From a virus, in IMG/VR virus record IMGVR_UViG_3300027733_000040, positions 1 through 64,000 of that record: 64,000 nt of DNA. One strand, 5' to 3'. The first letter of the stretch is position 1; every line of letters starts with the position of its first letter. The translations under genes were made by a program, and so were the position numbers. Positions 48,730 through 58,993 of this stretch are shown one piece after another. The notes below the pieces were generated by a model. It did not search any database. It worked only from the letters and a program-made list of their open reading frames with translations, and had not been told where the DNA came from.

Positions 48730-49254
48730 ATGAAGATAACTAAAGTTAATATATCCTTACCAAAGGTCGCTCAAAAGCACGATTATGACTGCGGAGCTGC
48801 AGCTTTAAAGTCGATATATGAATATGAACACCCAGAAGACAAAAACGACTTATCAAAGTATACCAGATTATTAGGTAGCACTAAAAATAAAGGGACAAGC
48901 ACGCAAGAATTAGTTGCAGCTTGTAAGTTATTAGGTCTTAACTTTAAAGAATACCATGGCATGTCACTTTCTAGGCTGCATAAAGAAATTAAGATCGGAA
49001 ACCCGATACTTTGTCTCATAAGATCGAATGATCATGGCCACTTCGTAGTGGCTTTGGGATGTGATGATGATAATATCTATTTCGAAGATCCTTTTAAAAA
49101 GAAAAATAACGGCTATTTGCCTAAAAAAGAATTTTTCGAAAGATGGACAGATGGCGATAACCATAGCGATCTTAAACGGTTTGGATTGATTTTTAAGGTA
49201 TCGCGTCCAAAAACAAAAAAGAAAATTACAGCCTATAAGATTTTAGGAAATTAA
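48730..49254 (+). CDS. C39-family cysteine peptidase
   Basis: QKHDYDCGAAAL (Gln, Cys), GHFVV (His), FEDP (Asp). Confidence 0.85.
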   Translation: MKITKVNISLPKVAQKHDYDCGAAALKSIYEYEHPEDKNDLSKYTRLLGSTKNKGTSTQELVAACKLLGLNFKEYHGMSLSRLHKEIKIGNPILCLIRSNDHGHFVVALGCDDDNIYFEDPFKKKNNGYLPKKEFFERWTDGDNHSDLKRFGLIFKVSRPKTKKKITAYKILGN

Positions 49255-49255
49255 T

Positions 49256-52200
49256 ATGGCAGATAATACAGATATAACGAGATCTAATTATGTCGAATTA
49301 ATCTCTGTAGATGTCGATTCAATGCTAATGGTGTGCAATGATAAGTACAAGACCGTTGAGAGCAGCTTGCCTAGGATTTTGAACGGTATAGATTATCAGG
49401 CTTGTGATGCGCTTGCTGTTGTTGCGCCGCCAACAAATAAATTTGTGACAAATGTAGAAAATGTTCCAGGGTCTTTAAGAGAATTAGTAAGACGACCCAA
49501 TGTTATTCTCACATCGTTTAACGCTATTAGTTTTTTAGGTCAGGATATTAATTTAGACACCACCGATAATATACCAACTATCACGTCGACTATTCCGACT
49601 CTGCCTGATATTAATTGCCAAAAATTTGGCACTTCGGTCTCTTGCAAGAAGAATAGTGACAAATGTTCCATCGATTTGCATTTTATAGATGCTTCGAGTT
49701 TAAATACCGGCATTGCCCCAGGCAGAGCGTTACTCCAGACCAACAAGGCCCTGCTTAGCGGTGGGTATGATTATCGATTGGCTATATCTAAAGTCAGAGG
49801 CACACCAGAATATATCGGGTTTTTCGCTGGTAAACAATACTATAAGCTTTCACTAAATACATTAAAGGGTTTTTGGGATAATTCTTGTGAGAATGACAGG
49901 ATGATGGTCGATAAGTATGCCGCAATGGTTTCGGAGCCTGTTAATTCTTCTACAGTAAATCTAATCGGTGTTTCAACTGCTAACGCTTTTACATATGGTT
50001 TTAATAGTCAGTCATATGGTAGTCTTAGTAATATTGCAGTCTCATCCATAGTGAGATCTGTCGGGTTTAAGATGGAGCTGGCATTAACCAGTTCAGGTAA
50101 GGCGTTAGATGGAAGCTGGCGGTTTGATCTTGCGCCGGCCAGTGGCCTTAACCTTAACCCTATGTTTAACACTAGCGGTCGCACGGGGCCATTAAATTAT
50201 CAAATATTAATCGATTCGACTAAAAATCTATCGGGAATGGCCGATAATGATTTTTCTTTAAACGGTGCTGATCTTAAAAAAGTAGAGCCTTCGGATTATC
50301 TGCGATTTAGATCCTTAGCGACTAAGATCTTTTGCATTTATGTAGATCATCGTACTACTGGATTAGCATTAGACGATAACTTTAATTTTATAGATTCTGC
50401 GGTCGGCGGCTCAGACCAATTTGAGGCATTTAGGCAAGCCATACAATGTGGCCATAAGTTTTTGTTTATTTTAAATGACGAAACGATAAGCGCGTCCCAA
50501 GATTACTATAATTTTGTAGCGTCAGTCGGTATTGCTAGCGCAGCGGTTGTGCTAATAGATAGTCAGACCGCAGCGGGCGGTGAATACTTTGACCAGATAT
50601 TTAGCTCTATAAATACTTTGTGCGGTTATGTTGGTCCTAACACGACACCAGGTGTATCGGCTTTTGGCTCTGTTAAGGAATTATGGCAGGGAGGATCGCT
50701 TTTTAAAGGTTCTAATCTTAAATCATTAACTCACTTCAAGATAAATAGTAGCTACACGTCACCAGACACGACTCCGCGGATACCTGAAGTATTAACTAAC
50801 AATGAATCTTTAATTAGTTATGATTCTGTATTCGATAGGATTCTTTATATTGAGCAATCAGACGATTCCGTCTATAGATTATTTGCCATGAATATGAAAA
50901 CACGTGAACGTTCTGCAATTGCACCTTTACCTTTTTTGTTCGATATTGTGATAGGTTTAGACAGCAATGTTCCTTCAGTCCAAATGTATGACCCTGGAAT
51001 GCGGTTATTTTTCATTGGTACTAGTTCTGGACATCTATATTCGGTCGATGTTACGACCGGAAAATCGTCAGAGATCGTAATAAACTCGATAGACTTTGTG
51101 CCAAGGCCAGAGCGGCGATATCCATCTATTACAGGGATTGGTATAGGGTATGTTCCATCTTACGATTACAATGGGGTTACTGATTTTTCTGGCCATCGTG
51201 CACTGTTTGTAGGATTCAATGCCGCAGGTTCGAATGATATCAAGCGTTATAGTATCTTGCGATCTTATGTTTATGATGTGTTGGTCTTTAATAAAACAGG
51301 GATAGCATCAAAAATAACACCATTAGTAAGTCTTGATTTGCCTTTGGCTGGAATGGCGAATCTGCGCAGTTTTAGTTTTATGTGTGCTCCAGTTTTTAAT
51401 TATCTTATTAAGAATTTGCCTGCCACACCGGTCTCAGAATTTGTTTCAAACCAGAAATTGCCTGGTCTTTTGTTATGTTATGATATTATGGACACCAACC
51501 AGAATCAAATAACACCGGAATCTGGACGTTGTGTTGCGATAAATCCGTTGATTCTCAATAAAGTGTTTGCGAGTCAAGCAAGCATCCAATATAACATATT
51601 AGATACTTTTATTATACCGGCTTATTATCCTGTTACCAATCGTGCCGATTGGGTTACGATTGACGATTTTGGCGGCTCGGTTATCTGGTCCTCATTAGAC
51701 ATTACGCCCACGAAAACAGTCCTCGATTATTATTATGTGCCGGTACCTCCTGCTGGCGTTGACAATAAAGGCATCGAATTTTTCCCTTCTCTTGCTGTTT
51801 TATTAAATAGCTATGAGGCTGGCGGCAATGTTAGTAGTATTTTCTTCAGAGATTCTTTAGAATGTTCCGTTGGTGTAAAGGGTGTCGAGAGGCATGACTT
51901 TGGGCCTAAGAATATGAATTGTTGGGACCTTAGTAATAGTGCTTCAGCCCCTGTGTCTGATTCTTTTGTCGGTAATGAATTAGTTCTTAGATACGGAGAA
52001 TCTGTTAGTAAAAATTATAACCTCGAGGCCGGAAAATACTTTGTCACTATAACCACTTCCGATTATCGCATAGGTACTGACGATGCTGGGCAAAATCTTA
52101 CTGGTCTGGTTGATATTATTACTTCTGGAGGTAGCAGGTTCCATTATCTGCCAGCGCGACTAGATTCGACACCATTGGAAAAATTAAAGGTGCAATCGGT

Positions 52201-55200
52201 CCCTTTTCAAGGCGTTAACCCAACAGCTATAACCACAGCTGGATCATTAACCTACTTATTTGATATGCCAGCAGCGTTTAATATTACACTTAAGAATAAT
52301 TTAAAACCAGGGGCGATTACTTCTGAATTCGATAACACTAAATTCATTCCTCGTGGCGTTGGTGTCTACGGTATTAAGTTATGCAAGCTTCTTGATCAAA
52401 CAGTTATATTAGATGGTATAAAGGATGTAAAATTAAACATCTCAGTTACTGGTATACCACGCCAAGAAGTGAACATTTTTTCGGCATTTGTTAAGGTGAC
52501 TTACAGAGATTATGGAAGGCCAAATGTTAAAAAGGTCGCTTATCGCGAAGTCATTACGGACGGGCGTTCATCGCCGTATGCTGGTAACAGCGTGCCTGTC
52601 GATTGTGACTATAGCGACACATGCAATTATTGGAAACAAAACGGCAATGGCGGCATACCCTCACAGTATGTGCTAAATCAGATTAGACACAGCGATTCAC
52701 AGATGGAATCGACTACCAATTTTAAAATAGTCGATGTTACGTTATATAATAATTGCATCTGGTGTATACCAGCTGGATCGAGCAGGTTTGATCAAGCTAC
52801 TGGAAAATATGTTCCGACAGATACCGCAGATACTTATACCATATTCTTTGGTGATTTTAAAACAGATATGATTGTAGAATCTATAGAGTATTTCTTCTTA
52901 GTTAATAAGATAGTCGATACTTCGAGTACCCCGCCAACTTGTGTCGACAATAAATCAAATTGCAAACCTGACCCAGCAACAGATATTGTAGTCCACTTAG
53001 ATTACACTAATTGTAACAAAGAAATTAAGAGATTAACTCGAACTATAAATATCGGTTCTATAGTAGCAATAGAGCATGATCTTAGTAAAGTATTTCCTAG
53101 CAGTAGATGGGATTATATTAGACCACCATCTTCAAACGGAACGGCTTTGGGGCCACCAATTGGAAATGCTATTAACGGCAAAATAGGTGAATGGATATCA
53201 TTTAAAGAGATTCTAGATAATACGACCGGTACTGGCGCTGACCAGTGTTCCGCCCCTATTTCTAATCAGTTGATATATAATGGTACTTCTTTAACTTCCG
53301 ATCGCCCTACTGGCTGCGATATTCCAAATCCAAAAATCGGTGCTATAAGCCTTTTTGCTAAAAAAGTAAAACCTGCATTTGTCATAACTGACATATCTGA
53401 GACTTCTCTAACAAATGAAATTCAATATATTACAATACCGCAAGCCGATGGTGGCATCTTTAAGCTTACTTTTGCTAAAAATGGTGTAACCCAGACGGTG
53501 ACTGTTCCTTATAATGTAACAGCCGCTCAGCTAAAGACTATTTTAGAAGCGAACACGCTAATTGGTCCTAACAATGTTCTAGTTACAGCGGTCGGCACAA
53601 AAAGTTATAAGATTGAATTCGTTGGAGCATTAAAAGGTTTAGCTATTCCGATTATGAAACCCATAAGCGATGGTCTTATTGGAACGTATTTTGCTTATAC
53701 AAGTCGTTCAGTGGTTGGCACCAAAAACGAGAGGCAAACCATAAGCAATGTTTCTGCTTCTAACAGAGCTTTTACCATTTTTTTTGCCGGCCAACAAACG
53801 GTAACAATTCCATACGATGCTAGTTTGAATACTGTCAGGGCCGCTTTGTCTGCATTGCCTTCAATCGGCGGCGGGAATGTTGCTGTTTCTGGCCAGACTA
53901 CTAATTATGATGCCCCTTATACTGGCCCATGGAACATTGATTTTATAGGCACTTTTGCAGGAAAGAATGCATCTAGGCTCTCCACATCTAACAAGGACTA
54001 TGTTGTTTATGTCGATTGGGTCGGTGGTATAGGTGTTAATGAAGTGCAAAAATTCAGCTACAAGGCCAATTCCGGTAGATTTAGTCTATCATTGTATGGA
54101 CCGACTGGTGCTTTTTGTACAACAGCGCCGATCGAGGCCACAGCTACCAATAGCGATATAGTTAAGAGTATAGTAGCAAATTGTAGTTTTTATGCTGCTG
54201 AAGACATTGGGTTAACGTTAGTCCAAAACGGAAATGTTTACGACTGGACTATAGAGTACAAAGGCAAGGCGACAGCCCAACCTGTTAAGCAGATAGGTAT
54301 ACAATCAGTCGATCTTGTCGGTGACGAAGTCACTGTTGTTAGAGTAGAAAAAGGTGGCGGTAAGCCACAAAAGATTAGATGGTCGTATACAAATGCCACA
54401 GCAGGTTTTTATATTTTAAGATTCGAATCAATCGATAAGCATATTTATTTTTCAGACAGGATATATTATAACGCTACGGCGGCAGAGATACAGACGATCA
54501 TAGAGAGTATGACTTTATTTGCGCCTGGTGACGTGACGGTTGTCCAATTAGACATAGGTGTTGTTGGGTCATACGAATATGTGCTTACTATTAAAAAGAA
54601 AATAAGTGCACTACAAGTTACAGCCATTTTTGAGACCACGTTATTTGGAAGCCCAATTTCATATTATATCGTGCCTGATGGGCCATATCCTTACCCATTG
54701 CCTTATTGTCCGTCTTTGACGCCTAAGATACATGGTGTTGATGGGTTGGTCTGCGTGCCTTTTCCTCCCGAGGAGGGCGATCCTTTTGCAGATGAGATAT
54801 GCTGTACCCCAGAGACCATATCTAGCGCTGCAAATAAATCGACATTCTTTAAGATCGAAAGAGATCTTTTCAGTCCTAGTTTTCAGATTAATGGTAAGTT
54901 AGCCACTGTGGGTTCGCTTATGGCGGCTAGGAATTTTAAGAAAAGCATTTATAAACCTTACTATTTAGTATCTAATACCTGTGTCGACCTTGTCGAGGCG
55001 AAATACACAGATGAAATTAAGAGCCGGACCATTATCGTGATTATTAATAAGAAGGTCGATCTTGAAGTCCCTAAGATCAGAATTATAAACCGCATCAAGA
55101 GTAATTATCCTAAGCTTGATTATTGTAGAGCTTTATCTTTTGAGAAAAACAAGGGTGGTCAGGATTTTCCAGATATATTGCCAGATAAAAACTATAATAT

Positions 55201-55204
55201 ATAA
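49256..55204 (+). CDS. 1982-aa putative virion protein with a propeller-like region and four ~105-aa NE[IVR]Q-type repeats
   Basis: Repeats NEIQYI...GGIFKLTF...IPY[ND]A...L..I..GNV.V...IEFVG at about 53410-54590. Confidence 0.6.
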   Translation: MADNTDITRSNYVELISVDVDSMLMVCNDKYKTVESSLPRILNGIDYQACDALAVVAPPTNKFVTNVENVPGSLRELVRRPNVILTSFNAISFLGQDINLDTTDNIPTITSTIPTLPDINCQKFGTSVSCKKNSDKCSIDLHFIDASSLNTGIAPGRALLQTNKALLSGGYDYRLAISKVRGTPEYIGFFAGKQYYKLSLNTLKGFWDNSCENDRMMVDKYAAMVSEPVNSSTVNLIGVSTANAFTYGFNSQSYGSLSNIAVSSIVRSVGFKMELALTSSGKALDGSWRFDLAPASGLNLNPMFNTSGRTGPLNYQILIDSTKNLSGMADNDFSLNGADLKKVEPSDYLRFRSLATKIFCIYVDHRTTGLALDDNFNFIDSAVGGSDQFEAFRQAIQCGHKFLFILNDETISASQDYYNFVASVGIASAAVVLIDSQTAAGGEYFDQIFSSINTLCGYVGPNTTPGVSAFGSVKELWQGGSLFKGSNLKSLTHFKINSSYTSPDTTPRIPEVLTNNESLISYDSVFDRILYIEQSDDSVYRLFAMNMKTRERSAIAPLPFLFDIVIGLDSNVPSVQMYDPGMRLFFIGTSSGHLYSVDVTTGKSSEIVINSIDFVPRPERRYPSITGIGIGYVPSYDYNGVTDFSGHRALFVGFNAAGSNDIKRYSILRSYVYDVLVFNKTGIASKITPLVSLDLPLAGMANLRSFSFMCAPVFNYLIKNLPATPVSEFVSNQKLPGLLLCYDIMDTNQNQITPESGRCVAINPLILNKVFASQASIQYNILDTFIIPAYYPVTNRADWVTIDDFGGSVIWSSLDITPTKTVLDYYYVPVPPAGVDNKGIEFFPSLAVLLNSYEAGGNVSSIFFRDSLECSVGVKGVERHDFGPKNMNCWDLSNSASAPVSDSFVGNELVLRYGESVSKNYNLEAGKYFVTITTSDYRIGTDDAGQNLTGLVDIITSGGSRFHYLPARLDSTPLEKLKVQSVPFQGVNPTAITTAGSLTYLFDMPAAFNITLKNNLKPGAITSEFDNTKFIPRGVGVYGIKLCKLLDQTVILDGIKDVKLNISVTGIPRQEVNIFSAFVKVTYRDYGRPNVKKVAYREVITDGRSSPYAGNSVPVDCDYSDTCNYWKQNGNGGIPSQYVLNQIRHSDSQMESTTNFKIVDVTLYNNCIWCIPAGSSRFDQATGKYVPTDTADTYTIFFGDFKTDMIVESIEYFFLVNKIVDTSSTPPTCVDNKSNCKPDPATDIVVHLDYTNCNKEIKRLTRTINIGSIVAIEHDLSKVFPSSRWDYIRPPSSNGTALGPPIGNAINGKIGEWISFKEILDNTTGTGADQCSAPISNQLIYNGTSLTSDRPTGCDIPNPKIGAISLFAKKVKPAFVITDISETSLTNEIQYITIPQADGGIFKLTFAKNGVTQTVTVPYNVTAAQLKTILEANTLIGPNNVLVTAVGTKSYKIEFVGALKGLAIPIMKPISDGLIGTYFAYTSRSVVGTKNERQTISNVSASNRAFTIFFAGQQTVTIPYDASLNTVRAALSALPSIGGGNVAVSGQTTNYDAPYTGPWNIDFIGTFAGKNASRLSTSNKDYVVYVDWVGGIGVNEVQKFSYKANSGRFSLSLYGPTGAFCTTAPIEATATNSDIVKSIVANCSFYAAEDIGLTLVQNGNVYDWTIEYKGKATAQPVKQIGIQSVDLVGDEVTVVRVEKGGGKPQKIRWSYTNATAGFYILRFESIDKHIYFSDRIYYNATAAEIQTIIESMTLFAPGDVTVVQLDIGVVGSYEYVLTIKKKISALQVTAIFETTLFGSPISYYIVPDGPYPYPLPYCPSLTPKIHGVDGLVCVPFPPEEGDPFADEICCTPETISSAANKSTFFKIERDLFSPSFQINGKLATVGSLMAARNFKKSIYKPYYLVSNTCVDLVEAKYTDEIKSRTIIVIINKKVDLEVPKIRIINRIKSNYPKLDYCRALSFEKNKGGQDFPDILPDKNYNI

Positions 55205-55220
55205 TATGGAGGAAAGTTTT

Positions 55221-55445
55221 ATGTCTTTTGAAAGCATTAAAATTTATCGTGACTATCAGATCGTTAATGGTTTCGTCCAAGTACCGCCAAATCTCGAAAA
55301 GGACCGCACCACTTTTACGACCAGTCAGGTGTTGTCTGATATTTCTGGGTCTGAAATATATGAAATGAATTCTGTCGGCTCTGGCGCTACAACTGGTTCT
55401 GGTTTTGGCCGCCCAAGCACTATCAGATTCGAAGTAACCTTTTAG
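55221..55445 (+). CDS. Small hypothetical protein
   Basis: GGAGG SD before the ATG at 55221. Confidence 0.6.
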   Translation: MSFESIKIYRDYQIVNGFVQVPPNLEKDRTTFTTSQVLSDISGSEIYEMNSVGSGATTGSGFGRPSTIRFEVTF

Positions 55446-56158
55446 GAAAACAATAGTGTTTTTAATGTCGGCCTGAAATCCCTCGATTTGATTATTTTAG
55501 CTGGCCCAGATTCAGGCAGATTTATCAATATGCCATGGCTCAATTTGATGTTTAAATTGCGCTCCAATATTAGTCTATATAAACTTAGCTGTATGCTATA
55601 GTGGTTTAATGAACAGTCTTCAAGTCCGTTAAATGGGCTTTTCATCTTTTCATATTTGTTATCTAATTTTACGGTGCCGGTCTTCCAGTCTAGCAATGAA
55701 GTTACTAACTTGCCATTATATTCTAATTGTATAAGAGCGTCTATTCTACCAGCGACTTTTGCGGTAGTGTCACCGATGACCCATTCAGTTTTAAGAGTAG
55801 TAGCGTTATACTTTTTCTTTAAATCGTCCCAGAGTTCTTTGGCTGCTTTAACTTCATGTGGTAAACCTGTGATGTCTATATCTTCGCCTTTTATTATCAT
55901 TTCGGCGGCATTGTGGACTATCGTGCCCTTTTCTAAGCTTACTTTTCCTTTCGCATCCCATCGTTCTAAGATTGTCTGCTGACTAACCCCTTCTTTTTTT
56001 GCGCTGTGTTTGCTCCATCTTTCAGTATCAAAAGGCTGTTTATATTTTGATAGATATTGGGTCACAGACACTAATCTTTCGTCACCAAACCAATATGAAT
56101 GATTTTCGTCGATATATGTTATTTCGTCGAATTTGGTGGTTTCGAAGATCTCTTTCAT
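55442..56158 (-). CDS. PD-(D/E)XK exonuclease (lambda-exo/Cas4-like)
   Basis: SVT, GTIVH, AGRID, DWKT, YSIQLSLY. Confidence 0.85.
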   Translation of the reverse strand: MKEIFETTKFDEITYIDENHSYWFGDERLVSVTQYLSKYKQPFDTERWSKHSAKKEGVSQQTILERWDAKGKVSLEKGTIVHNAAEMIIKGEDIDITGLPHEVKAAKELWDDLKKKYNATTLKTEWVIGDTTAKVAGRIDALIQLEYNGKLVTSLLDWKTGTVKLDNKYEKMKSPFNGLEDCSLNHYSIQLSLYRLILERNLNIKLSHGILINLPESGPAKIIKSRDFRPTLKTLLFS

Positions 56159-56184
56159 GGTTGAATACTCTATGTATATATTAT

Positions 56185-56322
56185 ATGGAAGAAGAGGTAG
56201 ATTTAACCATTGTTGATCGCGAGCCGACTAAGCAGACCAAAAAGGTCAAAGAGGTACCGCCTTATTATGAGGATACAGATGAAGATGCTGGTGGGTTTAT
56301 TCAGGATCTTGATTATAAGTAA
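56185..56322 (+). CDS. Small acidic protein (45 aa)
   Basis: MEEEVDL...DLDYK fills the gap between two minus-strand genes. Confidence 0.4.
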   Translation: MEEEVDLTIVDREPTKQTKKVKEVPPYYEDTDEDAGGFIQDLDYK

Positions 56323-56677
56323 CCTCATTTTCTAATTTTTCGATGTAATCAGTGATTACATGTTCTTCATCGATTAGATTGATATTTCCCTTTGTGTCGC
56401 CAGACACAATATTTGGATTTATCGTTACGTAAATTAGTTCTTGGTGTAAACTAGCTATGGTCTTTAGCATTTCTATCAGATGTTTTTTATTAGTACAGAG
56501 ATTTGCATGTATGTTTAGATCGTCTTTATATGTCGCTTCGATCGCTGATTGGAATGCATTTGCCATTTCGCTGTCTGTATAAATCGGAAGATAATATCTA
56601 GCATCTTTTTCATATGAAAAAATCTTATGATACTTTTCGAATAATCCACAGCTAAATATTATGTAATATTCTTTCAT
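56297..56677 (-). CDS. Hypothetical protein
   Basis: AGGAG upstream, 126 aa. Confidence 0.6.
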   Translation of the reverse strand: MKEYYIIFSCGLFEKYHKIFSYEKDARYYLPIYTDSEMANAFQSAIEATYKDDLNIHANLCTNKKHLIEMLKTIASLHQELIYVTINPNIVSGDTKGNINLIDEEHVITDYIEKLENEVTYNQDPE

Positions 56678-56725
56678 TAGCCTATCTCCTGTGGGTATAT
56701 ACTTTACGCTTAAAAGGAGTGCAAA

Positions 56726-56995
56726 ATGGATAAGAAAACACCATATCCTGGTTTCAACCCTAGTTTTAAGAATGTTAAGAAGAGAAATGGTAATTTTAGA
56801 ACTGTGTTGGTATTAGAGGTGCTTAGTAAGAAACAATTGACACAGACCATAAAGGCTTTGATAGGAGAGCAGGTTGAAGCTAAGCTTGAACAGCTTATGG
56901 GCCGAAATGGCCTTATCGATTACGATGTGGTTTCAGATGATCGTTTTGATGTATTATTGCAAGAAGGGCTACGTATGGTCACTGAAGGGTATTGA
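56726..56995 (+). CDS. Hypothetical protein
   Basis: AAGGAG SD. Confidence 0.65.
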   Translation: MDKKTPYPGFNPSFKNVKKRNGNFRTVLVLEVLSKKQLTQTIKALIGEQVEAKLEQLMGRNGLIDYDVVSDDRFDVLLQEGLRMVTEGY

Positions 56996-57053
56996 CAGAG
57001 TTGTTGGGATCTGTTACAGTAAAAACAGACACAATTACTTTACTGGAGGATTC

Positions 57054-57710
57054 ATGGAAGGTAAATACAGAATATTAAACATCGATGGTTCGATTAGTTC
57101 TAAACTTTATGATCTGATTGAGGAAACATCAACCCAAAGGGCGACTCTACGGTCGGTTGGTGAAAGTAAAGAGATCTTAGTTCATAAAAACCGAATGATA
57201 CCCGTAGATAAAGTTGATAGTGCGGTGTGTATCGTGTCAGGCGGAGTCGAGTTAGCCATTTGTCCAAAATGTTTAACTATCAGCAAGAAGACGCTTGGCC
57301 TTGAGAATTTTTTATGTGAACGCGGTTGTGGTAATTATCCTTACCATAACCTTGGTTCTAACGGCCTAGCTTTAAGGAGTAGAAAGATAATGGAATTGAA
57401 GAATAAAAATGTTTTTAACTTAGAAGATGTTAAAAAGTATCCTGACTTTCGTGTTTGGAGCAAATTAAACAAATTTAATCATCCAAATATTGACTCTAGA
57501 TCTATAATTATCTTGCATTCTTCTGATAAGCCCAGAAAATTGCAATTTAACACTTATAATGGCTCTTTGGGCAAAAAATCACCGCCACTACCACTGGAAG
57601 CTTTCGATAAAAATGAAGCTCCGCAGGGAAAATGCCCTTGGTCGATTATCGCCAGTGTTGATGCTGAAGAAAATCGATTGAAAGAGTCAGGATATGAGCG
57701 CTCTATCTAG
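57054..57710 (+). CDS. Zinc-ribbon-containing hypothetical protein
   Basis: GGAGG SD before ATG 57054; CPKC...CERGC. Confidence 0.6.
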   Translation: MEGKYRILNIDGSISSKLYDLIEETSTQRATLRSVGESKEILVHKNRMIPVDKVDSAVCIVSGGVELAICPKCLTISKKTLGLENFLCERGCGNYPYHNLGSNGLALRSRKIMELKNKNVFNLEDVKKYPDFRVWSKLNKFNHPNIDSRSIIILHSSDKPRKLQFNTYNGSLGKKSPPLPLEAFDKNEAPQGKCPWSIIASVDAEENRLKESGYERSI

Positions 57711-57719
57711 GAGTTCGCA

Positions 57720-58004
57720 ATTTCTGAAGATGAATTATCAGAAATCAATAAGAAGTATTCCGCCATCCTTGATGACATTAAAATGTTAGAGGAAATGATA
57801 TCTATATTGCCTTCAAGAACAGCACTCGAACTTAGGAGTGTGTTTGGCAAAATTATGCGCGATATTGCCGTTTGCCACAAGGGTTTAGCAATTCTTGCTA
57901 AAGAAAAAGTGGATTCATTAGTATCAGATTTGAATTATATGTCATTTGATCTTGAAGCCACAAGGAGAGAGCGGGATGAATATAAAAGAAAACTTGGCGA
58001 ATAA
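57720..58004 (+). CDS. Small coiled-coil protein with FDLEATRRE motif, resembling a conserved small planctomycete protein
   Basis: YMSFDLEATRRERD. Start is either ATT at 57720 (AGGAG 6 nt upstream) or ATG at 57783. Confidence 0.6.
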   Translation: MSEDELSEINKKYSAILDDIKMLEEMISILPSRTALELRSVFGKIMRDIAVCHKGLAILAKEKVDSLVSDLNYMSFDLEATRRERDEYKRKLGE

Positions 58005-58992
58005 TTTAAAAAGAGAATCGATATTAATCACAGGTGGTGCTGGTTTTTTAGGTAACAAAGTCGTCCAATGTTTCATGGAAAACGGTTTTGGCTCAGAATG
58101 TGTAAGAGGCCAGAAAGCCAGACCTAATAATGTTTATATTAATCGATCAGTATTATTCGATCTTACTATTGAGTCACATGTTTCAGAATTGTTCAGCCGT
58201 CTATCGCCTACCATAGTTATACATCTAGCTGCTGCTGTCGGTGGTATCGGTGCTAATCAAAAAACACCAGGTTCTTTTTTTTACAAAAATGCCATGATGG
58301 GGATACTTCTACAAGAGTATGCTAGAAGGCATAATGTTAAAAAGTTCGTTACTATCGGCACAGTTTGTTCATATCCTAAATTCACGCCATCACCTTTTAA
58401 AGAATCAGATTTATGGAATGGCTATCCGGAAGAGACAAATGCGGCCTACGGCATCGCAAAAAAAGCCTTGCTTGTGCAGAGCCAAGCCTATCGCCAAGAG
58501 TATGGCTTTAATGGGATTCATCTGTTGCCCGCCAACTTGTATGGTCCGCTTGACAATTTTGATGATAGCACATCACATGTTGTCCCAGCGATCATCAAAA
58601 GAATCTACGAGGCCAAAAGAGACAAATTAGATCATGTAACCGTTTGGGGCGATGGTTCACCCACTAGAGAATTTCTATATGTGGATGATGCAGCGAGAGG
58701 TATAGTGCAAGCTACCTCGACATATGATAGTCCTGAACCAATAAATTTGGGATCAGGGAGAGAGATTAGCATAAAAGATTTAACGACCAAGATAGCTCAA
58801 ATAATTGGATATGATGGTCTAATAAAATATGATCATTCAAAGCCCAACGGGCAGCCTAGGAGGAGCCTCGATAGTACGCAGGCAGCACTAAAATTTAATT
58901 TTCAGACGACCACTGATCTTGACACAGGGCTAAAAACTACTATTGATTGGTATATTGATCACATTTCTTCTATTGGAGCAGTTAGAAAATAA
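57976..58992 (+). CDS. fcl: GDP-L-fucose synthase
   Basis: TGGAGFLG, HLAAAVGGI, GTVCSYP, YGIAK, NLYGP.DNF, SHV, WGDGSPTREF. Confidence 0.92.
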   Translation: MNIKENLANNLKRESILITGGAGFLGNKVVQCFMENGFGSECVRGQKARPNNVYINRSVLFDLTIESHVSELFSRLSPTIVIHLAAAVGGIGANQKTPGSFFYKNAMMGILLQEYARRHNVKKFVTIGTVCSYPKFTPSPFKESDLWNGYPEETNAAYGIAKKALLVQSQAYRQEYGFNGIHLLPANLYGPLDNFDDSTSHVVPAIIKRIYEAKRDKLDHVTVWGDGSPTREFLYVDDAARGIVQATSTYDSPEPINLGSGREISIKDLTTKIAQIIGYDGLIKYDHSKPNGQPRRSLDSTQAALKFNFQTTTDLDTGLKTTIDWYIDHISSIGAVRK

Positions 58993-58993
58993 A

